A stretch of 64,000 nt of DNA. It comes from Picochlorum sp. SENEW3 (taxonomy: Eukaryota). The translations under genes were made by a program, and so were the position numbers. The notes under the pieces were generated by a model. That model ran no database searches, was not told the origin of the DNA, and was given only the letters and a program-made list of their open reading frames with translations. Where the stretch lies: positions 372,001-436,000 of the forward strand of contig CP120453.1 in the NCBI GenBank assembly GCA_034226945.1, given 5' to 3'. Each line of letters begins with the position of its first letter. Position 1 is the first letter of the stretch. Of this stretch, positions 56,794-64,000 are shown piece after piece.

Positions 56794-57453
56794 ATGACAC
56801 GAGTTAGCATTATAATTGTTCTGATAGCAACCCTGATAGGTGGCTCATATGCGGTGACTTGCGACAGCTTTGACACTGAGGAATCTTGCAGCGGCACTTT
56901 GACCGACGTAGGGCCGTGTATCTGGGATACCAAGGCTGGAACTTGCGCAGCAGATGCAAAAGGTTTACCTGATGGAATGGTTGGAGTGACCTCGGTGGAG
57001 ACTGAAAACGCAGACCAGGCCTTGAAGCCAATTTCACTCACACCAGGACCTGATACATCTGAGCGAGCGGCAGAAAATCTTCCTACAAACAACACATTTT
57101 GCTCTCAGGGCCCCATGCAAGAAAATGTCATGGGAGTCCAATGTACAGGATATTTCCCGAGTTGGTTTTACAATGCAACGACAGATGCTTGTGAGGAATA
57201 CGTGTATGGTGGATGTGGAGGTACTATGAACTTGTTCTCCACAGAAAAAGCCTGCACGACAAGTGCAGATAAATTCTGTCGTCGTGATGACATGAATGAA
57301 GATGGAGATGAAGACGAAGATGCGGATCCTCTGAGAGTAGTAGTGGTGGATGATGTGCAAGAGGGTGTGGAGGGGGCATCAGGAGCCCACTCAGTGACCG
57401 CTTTTTCGGGGCTTGTGTTTGTTATCGGTGCCTTGACATACATGAATGTATAA
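56794..57453 (+). CDS. Secreted, probably GPI-anchored protein with 4-Cys module and BPTI/Kunitz domain (copy 2, intronless)
   Basis: Signal peptide; AVTCDSF...GLPDGMVG shared with copy 1; CEEYVYGGCGGTMNLF; hydrophobic C-terminal tail. Confidence 0.87.
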   Translation: MTRVSIIIVLIATLIGGSYAVTCDSFDTEESCSGTLTDVGPCIWDTKAGTCAADAKGLPDGMVGVTSVETENADQALKPISLTPGPDTSERAAENLPTNNTFCSQGPMQENVMGVQCTGYFPSWFYNATTDACEEYVYGGCGGTMNLFSTEKACTTSADKFCRRDDMNEDGDEDEDADPLRVVVVDDVQEGVEGASGAHSVTAFSGLVFVIGALTYMNV

Positions 57454-57709
57454 TACATCGTCATTAATATGTGACAATAGTGAAAAAAACATTGCCTGTG
57501 AATCAAATTACACCTGTAAAAAGTGCTGAAAAATGGACACTTGTGTCTCATGAGAAAGAATTTCCTCCCCGGTAAAGAGAAGTAATTTCGCAAAAGTGAC
57601 ATACATCTTACATTGGAACATGTATTTTTCTACCTTGATCTAGATACTTTCTCGCTGGACTCGTGTGTGAACGACAGCCCTTTCAAAGGGTGCAGGGTGG
57701 AATAGAGTC

Positions 57710-59137
57710 ATGGGCAACTGCTTGTCTTCGGGCCATTCTGCGAGAAAATATAATAGAGGTAATTCCAATAATCAGAATGGTTCACGAGTGAGGCGCCGGG
57801 ACAAGTTTCGGCGCAAACCCCATCGAGTGCGCAGTGGAACTCATTCCGTGTCCTCCTACGGTAGTCCTAGGAGTGTTATGACGGAAGAAACTGTGTATTA
57901 TAGCGATGAGGACCATATTGGTTCTTCGAATGGGAGTATAGATGGATCTCATGTTCCGCAGATGGCGTCGCTCTCTGGGAAACAGTACAGTTCTCTGAGG
58001 CATAGCAATGTTCGAAGGATGAATAGCGAAGAAACGCCAGAGACTACATTAGTCGATAAGCTTGCCAACTGGTGGCATAGTTTCTCTCTCTTCGATGGAG
58101 AAGAGGACAGCCAATCTTTATCAAACGAAGGTGTCAAGGATGGCATGGATGCGCATGGAAGACCCTTGGATGTCATCATTGAGGATGATGCTGCTTCTGC
58201 CCCAGGGTGTATCAGTTTCTTGACAGCTGCGCAGGTTATACGGGCACAGAAACGCTTCTTATCTGCTATCAAAGCAGGTGGAACAGTGTCAAAGACCGAA
58301 ATTTGTGAGGGCCCCGGCAGCTCTCGAGAGGCATATGCTTGGGCAGTCCCCGATCCCAAGACATTCATGGTTCGATCCAAGCAGTACATGAAGGACAAGG
58401 TGAAAATTCCATCAGCTTGTTGCATGTACACAATAGTAGGATGTGATTCATTTTCTTTTGAGGCAAAAGTGGATCACATGGCCGAACAGGTTCAGTTGCC
58501 AGAGCCATCTCAGGCAGCCCTCGAGATGAGCAACAAGCTCAACTTGCCACCATTGCTGGTCATCAACCTGCAGATGCCCATGTATCCGGCGACGTTATTC
58601 GGAAAGACGGATGGAGAAACATGCTCACTGGTGTACTACTTCGAATTGAATTCATCTTGTGAAGCGCCTCAACATGCAATTGATATGGCAGTGAGGCTTA
58701 TTGAGGACGGGGTCGAAGAGGATGGTCAGAGGACAAGGGACCGACTCAAACTTCTACCTAGAATCGTCAATGTGGAAGAATGGGGGGAAAAAGCTCCATT
58801 GTCTGGGACAGAGCTGCGTCTTGTGAGGAATTATAATGGCAAACCATTGCTCCTGAGGCCACAGCAGCGCTTTTATCTTGGCGAAGACGCACACTATTTT
58901 GAAGTGGACATTGATATCCACAAGTATGCATACATCGCCCGTCGAGCCTTTTTTGGATTTATACCCAGACTCGGTCCAGCTGTATTTGAAAATGGATTTG
59001 TCCTTCAAGGAAATTGTGAAAAAGAACTGCCAGAGATATTGCTCGCCTGTGCTCGTGTGTACAGAATAGATTTCCACAATGTCAAAAAGTTTCCAGGTAC
59101 AATACGACGGGATCATGAAGCTATGTCTGAACAATAA
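57710..59137 (+). CDS. EDR2 C-terminal domain (DUF1336) protein with N-myristoylation-like start
   Basis: MGNCLS, FMVRSKQYMKDKVKIPS, INLQMP, SLVYYF, RLKLLPRIVN, YNGKPLL, YFEVDIDIH, ELPEILL. Confidence 0.88.
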   Translation: MGNCLSSGHSARKYNRGNSNNQNGSRVRRRDKFRRKPHRVRSGTHSVSSYGSPRSVMTEETVYYSDEDHIGSSNGSIDGSHVPQMASLSGKQYSSLRHSNVRRMNSEETPETTLVDKLANWWHSFSLFDGEEDSQSLSNEGVKDGMDAHGRPLDVIIEDDAASAPGCISFLTAAQVIRAQKRFLSAIKAGGTVSKTEICEGPGSSREAYAWAVPDPKTFMVRSKQYMKDKVKIPSACCMYTIVGCDSFSFEAKVDHMAEQVQLPEPSQAALEMSNKLNLPPLLVINLQMPMYPATLFGKTDGETCSLVYYFELNSSCEAPQHAIDMAVRLIEDGVEEDGQRTRDRLKLLPRIVNVEEWGEKAPLSGTELRLVRNYNGKPLLLRPQQRFYLGEDAHYFEVDIDIHKYAYIARRAFFGFIPRLGPAVFENGFVLQGNCEKELPEILLACARVYRIDFHNVKKFPGTIRRDHEAMSEQ

Positions 59138-59187
59138 TTTCTTGAAGAAATACAACGTCTTTTGTAAAATTATTCATGTATCTATCA

Positions 59188-60374
59188 TCAATGCATCGCC
59201 AGCGTGTCTGAAACTTCTGCTGCAAAATCCTTTGCTGACTCGGGGTCCTCCAAACCTTCGCCGAGCTGAATTCTCTGGAATGCTGACAGGGCAATGTCCA
59301 CATCCAGAGTTCGACCTAGATCTGCTATTATCTCTGATACTGTTTTCTTCTCTTCCATGACAAATGGTTGTTCCAACAAGCAAACGTCCTGATAGAACTT
59401 GTTAAGTCGACCTTGCACCATTTTCTCTATGATGGCAGCAGGTTTCCCTGTTTTGCTAGCTTGTTCAATCAACAAGTCCCGTTCCTTGTCCAATGCTGCT
59501 GGAGGTACCTGGCTCCTATCAAGGTATTTAGGAACAGTTCCAACAACATGCATGGCCAATTTATGAGCCATATCAGCCAAAACTTTCCTCTGCTCTTTAT
59601 CTAGTTCTTTCAGACCTCCATGAGGTGACTCTAGGAGAACAGCAGCAGCAATTCTGCCGACATGAGGCCCAGCACTGGCATGAAGGTATGTACCGACAAT
59701 TCCATCATCACTGGAGGTGGATTTCAGCAAGAAACCCCTCCGTAAGCGGATATTTTCTCTCACACTCCCTGCTATTTCCTGGACTGCCTCCTGAATCGTC
59801 TGTGTCCCGTCCATTGGCAACAAACCCAATGTTTCTAATCCAATCTCTGTCCCTATGGGAGACACCGAATCACGAGAATCGAGCAGAGCCTTTGCAGCTT
59901 TTGACACAACAGAAGTAAATAACGTGTTCCTCGCAACAAAGTCAGTCTCGCTGTTGATTTCTACGATGGCTGAACATTGGTCAAGACTGGCCAAGCCAAC
60001 CAGTCCCTCTGTTGCACTACGAGATGCCTTCTTCGACGCCGCTGACAAACCTTTTTTCCGCAGCTCTTCAGAAGCTCGATCTGCAAAAAGCACACACCTT
60101 GAGCATGAACACGAGCAACCATTACCACAACAACAAGACATGGGCACAACTGCTCCTTACCAATATCCCACTCCGTCTCTTCGAGCGCTTTCTTCACATC
60201 TGATATTGGGGCCCCACTCTGATCGCGAAGCCTTTTAATCAGAGACAGCTGATTAGATGACGTGGCGAAGGAATGACTGCAGATCAATAAAGAAGCGGCC
60301 ACATCATTCGAAGAGCGACTGAGAGCACTGCTCCCGATCGACCCACGAATTGCGCGTAGAATAACACTTCTCAT
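59188..60374 (-). CDS. TSFM: Mitochondrial elongation factor Ts; exons 60374-60161 and 60080-59188
   Basis: LIKRLRDQSGAPISDVKKAL, EGLVG, EINSETDFVARN, GKPAAIIEKMVQGRL, CLLEQPF. Confidence 0.94.
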
Positions 60375-60519
60375 TATAAATTGTAAAATATATCGCTCAT
60401 GCGGATGGCATGGGTCTTGCATGATGGGCTGCGAGGAGGCTTTCATGAGGCCATAGTGGGAGGTACATCTCATCTACAACGAGAGACAACAATCGATCGA
60501 TTCATACGATTACACGGGG

Positions 60520-61212
60520 TTACGATTGGGACAAGGGTACGACGAATGGCTTGTATGCACGGACAAAATCATCCACAGGAATGCCTACTTTCAAATCCAC
60601 TTCACCTGCCCCAATCCAAAATTCATCAAGTTCTGCAATTTCCTTTGCCAGAACAATGGGCAGCCGAGTCCTCATTCCTATGGGCGTGACTGCATTCTTT
60701 GTGAACCCTGTCATTTCATTGGATTTTTCTTCAGCAACCAATCTCATATTGACTTTCGACCGAGACAAGGTTCCTCTGTGATGTTCCAGAACGAATGAAC
60801 GCAATGCCTCGTTGGATAATCTGGCGTTGTACTGGACAATGACCAGCCAATACTTGAAGATACTGGGATCAGACCCATCCACCTTTGTGTTCTCCATAAC
60901 GATGGATTTACACAGATGATTGATGGTTGGTGCATTCAAAACCAGTCTTCTGAACTCCAGATCCTTGTCATAGTACTCTTTAGGGGCTCTGACAAAGGCA
61001 TATTCTCGTATGCCCATAGATTCTAACTCGTCTCCAAGCCTCTTGGCAGCGCCTTGTGGATCATCAACAGGTCGTGGTCGACGAAGTCTCCACGAGTAGC
61101 TGCCCGACGTTTGTGCCTCCTGTGTTCCTTCCTCCAGTTTCTCCAAGCGCTGGAGAGATTCATCCAACGAGCGCGACAATGCTGCGATTCTGCTGCTCAC
61201 AGTATGGGCCAT
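60520..61212 (-). CDS. YbaK/ProX-type aminoacyl-tRNA deacylase domain protein
   Basis: LCKSIVMENT, IVQY, TGFTKNAVTPIG, GAGEVDLK. Confidence 0.85.
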   Translation of the reverse strand: MAHTVSSRIAALSRSLDESLQRLEKLEEGTQEAQTSGSYSWRLRRPRPVDDPQGAAKRLGDELESMGIREYAFVRAPKEYYDKDLEFRRLVLNAPTINHLCKSIVMENTKVDGSDPSIFKYWLVIVQYNARLSNEALRSFVLEHHRGTLSRSKVNMRLVAEEKSNEMTGFTKNAVTPIGMRTRLPIVLAKEIAELDEFWIGAGEVDLKVGIPVDDFVRAYKPFVVPLSQS

Positions 61213-61426
61213 TTTGATTCATCAACGTATAAAATATACAATTAATTAGTGTGGGTTACACCACCAGCCTGGGAGTTCCCGGTCGGATGGTCCAGAACCA
61301 GTGTTTTTATAGTGTCTATTTAGAACGTCTTGGCTTGACCGTCGTTCCAGGAGGTGCATTTTGAAATCTGAATACATGCATATTTTATTATCAGTGTAAA
61401 ATTGACAGACTTTTCAGGCGGTCACA

Positions 61427-62808
61427 ATGGCCGGCGTAGATGTGGATAGCAGTGGTCACGCATCTGACCACCAAACGCAAATTGAAGTGAAATTCACAAC
61501 AAAACTCAGGGAGCCATATAAAGTATCTACTGACGGATCAATTGTATGTATACTTGTGATTTATGACACTGATGAGCGAGTTCTGTCTGATTGATCGAAA
61601 ATTGTCCCGGTGTGCAGACTGTGCCAGCACAGGTGACACGGTATGGGCTGTCCCAGATTGTGAATCATCTCTTAGATCTCGATCGACCCATTCCATTTGA
61701 GTTTATTGTATGTGGAGATGTGCTTTGCTCGACATTAGGGGCCCATATATCGAGCAGAAATGTGACGGCAGAAAAGGTCTTGGAAGTAGAGTATGTTCCA
61801 GCTATGTTGCCACCTTCGCCAGGAGAGGACATTGCGCAGGATGACTGGTTGTCTTGTGTATCAGAATCTGATAGCGTGATATATACTGGGTCATATGACG
61901 GGCTGGTGAGAATGCGGAACAGCGATGGAGATGAGCTGGCACAGTTTGCTGCTCACCCTTGTCCTGTGAAATCATGCCTCACTATACCAGGCAATGGTCA
62001 GTTGTTGACGACTGGAGACGATGGTTCAGTGCGAATGTGGAAGTGTGATCAAGGGAATCAAGATCTGTTGGCTCACTTGACAGGGCACGAATCGACAGTG
62101 GAATCCTGTGCTGTGCGGCCTGATGGTGAGCGATGTGCCACAGCAGGATGGGATACAAACATCCTTATTTGGAGATCAGGGGAAAGTTTAGAAACGCACG
62201 TGTCTGAGAACCCAGCAAAAAAACAGCCAGGAAAAAAAACGATGAAGAGCTCGTCGGCGGAAGTAGAGTCTGTAGGTGCCCTGGAGGCACACTCCCAATG
62301 TGTGTCGGATATGGTGTGGAAGTCCCATGAAAATCTAATATCCTGCTCTTGGGATCATAGTATCAAGTTCTGGGACGTGGAAATGGAAACAGTAACTGAT
62401 TCGTTCACACACAACAAGGTCTTGTACTGCCTAGACACTTCAAATAGCGATGATTCCAGCCACGTGGTTGCCTTTGGGGGGGCAGAAAAGGCCGTTCGAC
62501 TCTGGGACAGGAGGGAAAAGCAGGGAACCTTTGCAAAATCCCTGCGTTCATTACAATCACATACGTCATGGGTGTCTGATCTTGAGTGGCACCCAACATC
62601 AGAGTACCACATCATGACTGCTTCGTATGATGGCTCTGTCAAACTCTGGGACATTCGTGGTGAAATACCCCTCCACACAATCCACCCTACGACCGTGTCA
62701 GGTGATGATAGATTGCTATGCTGTGCGTGGATTGGATCGTCTAGCATTGCGTTCGGTGGTACAAACAAGACCCTGTCCACCATGGTGTTGCAACCATCGA
62801 CCTTCTGA
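61427..62808 (+). CDS. WDR12: Ribosome biogenesis WD40 protein WDR12/Ytm1; exons 61427-61543 and 61618-62808
   Basis: NLE domain (RYGLSQIVNHLL, PFEFIV, EKVLEVEY), DDWLS, TGSYDG, SWDHSIKFWD, SYDGSVKLWDIR. Confidence 0.92.
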
Positions 62809-62906
62809 TGACATGTGGCATCTGCCACAGGGAGATGATCAAAACCACCGACCCTCCCTATAGCTCAGCATTCGGAAATTATCATAGATAATTCGTGTAA
62901 TAGAAA

Positions 62907-64000
62907 ATGTTGTATCAGATGAATACTCCAAGGACGATGGGGGGCATTTCGTTGCCTGCTCCAGCAGGACATCGTGTGGCCCTCAGAACGAGGATGGTAG
63001 TGACCGCACAGGTACGATCACCGCAGCCTTTAGTACCGATTTTGTGGTTTATTTATATAACTAGATAGAATGGGTGGTGACGATGTGAGGAATGTGTGTG
63101 CAGAAGGGGGATAAGGATCAGAAATCCTACGTTCCATCTCTCGCTGCCTTTGCGGCCATGACCGGGCTCTTGGGCAATGTGAACCCTTCTTTGGCTGCAG
63201 ATTTTGTTCCTCCTGCTACAGAAGGTAACACTGCGACAATTGAGAGTAACAAAGCGGCCAATGAATTTGGTGGTATGGCTGCCGCTCCAGCAGTGCAGAG
63301 CTCGACCTCGGAACTTCCAGAGGGAAACCAATGGAGGTATTCCGACTTTATTGGCGCTGTTCAGAACGGAAAGGTCGAGCGCGTGAGATTCTCCAAGGAT
63401 GGATCGCAGCTTCAGTTGACTGCTGTGGATGGACGCAGAGCTTTGGTTGTTCTTCCAAATGACCCAGAATTGGTGGACATCTTGGCAAAGAATGGGGTGG
63501 ATATCTCCGTGGCTGAGGCAGAGCAGCAAGGAAATTACGTATCATTGCTCGGAAATCTTCTGTTCCCATTGGTGGCGTTCGCTGGACTGTTCTTGCTCTT
63601 CCGCCGTTCTGGAGACCAGCAGGGTGGGGGCCCAATGGGCCCCATGGGTGGGCCAATGGATTTCGGTCGCTCAAAGTCAAAGTTCCAAGAGATTCCAGAA
63701 ACTGGAGTGAAGTTTGCTGACGTCGCTGGATGCGACAATGCGAAATTGGAACTCCAGGAATTGGTTGACTTTTTGAAGAATCCAGAAAAGTACACCAAGT
63801 TGGGTGCCAAGATTCCAAAGGGAGCTCTCTTGGTCGGTCCACCAGGAACAGGTAAGACGTTGATCGCCAAGGCTGTGGCTGGCGAGGCTGGAACTCCATT
63901 CTTCTCCTGTGCTGCATCAGAATTCGTAGAGCTGTTTGTGGGTGTGGGAGCATCCCGTGTCCGTGACCTGTTCGAAAAGGCCAAGGCCAAGGCGCCATGC
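62907..64000 (+). CDS. FTSH1: Thylakoid FtsH protease, type A (FtsH1-like), 3'-partial; exons 62907-63011 and 63104-end
   Basis: Read directly: [76 protein letters not shown]. Not in the ORF track because it has no stop in the window. Confidence 0.93.

Noticed and set aside
61250..61310. A-box-like GGTGGTGTAA on the minus strand suggesting a tRNA
   Set aside because: No B-box (GTTCRA) or cloverleaf could be built
1..64000. CRISPR arrays, transposase/RT/integrase genes, rRNA, snRNA and selenoprotein UGA readthrough
   Set aside because: No repeat-spacer pattern, catalytic motifs or conserved RNA sequences seen by eye; a dedicated scan was not possible

Overview
Very gene-dense eukaryotic nuclear DNA from a green alga. 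Evidence: LHCA5-type antenna, plastid FtsH1, GapN, GatA, short GT-AG introns with GTRNGT/TGCAG ends, and TGTAA motifs downstream of many stop codons. The compactness suggests a Picochlorum-like trebouxiophyte, but that is inference. I can support about 47 protein-coding genes, mostly housekeeping (PAN3, CDC73, PAF1, MIPS, IMPDH, GapN, Rpn13, EF-Ts, WDR12, FtsH). Many need splicing that the ORF track misses, and APC13 and FtsH are absent from it. No tRNA, rRNA, CRISPR array or recognisable transposon was found. Main observations: (1) MED31 overlaps a same-strand F-box gene, a candidate bicistronic locus, with two weaker tight same-strand pairs; (2) two paralogous secreted, probably GPI-anchored proteins combine a 4-Cys module with an atypical BPTI/Kunitz domain, and one is flanked by an exact 16-bp direct repeat; (3) a ~3-kb block at 12.1-15.3 kb has no supported gene, holds a degenerate ~0.72-kb tandem duplication and borders a GC-rich segment; (4) a Sec14 protein has a nodulin-like coiled coil and a CaaX tail. 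All identifications come from remembered motifs and hand-checked splice frames, not database searches.
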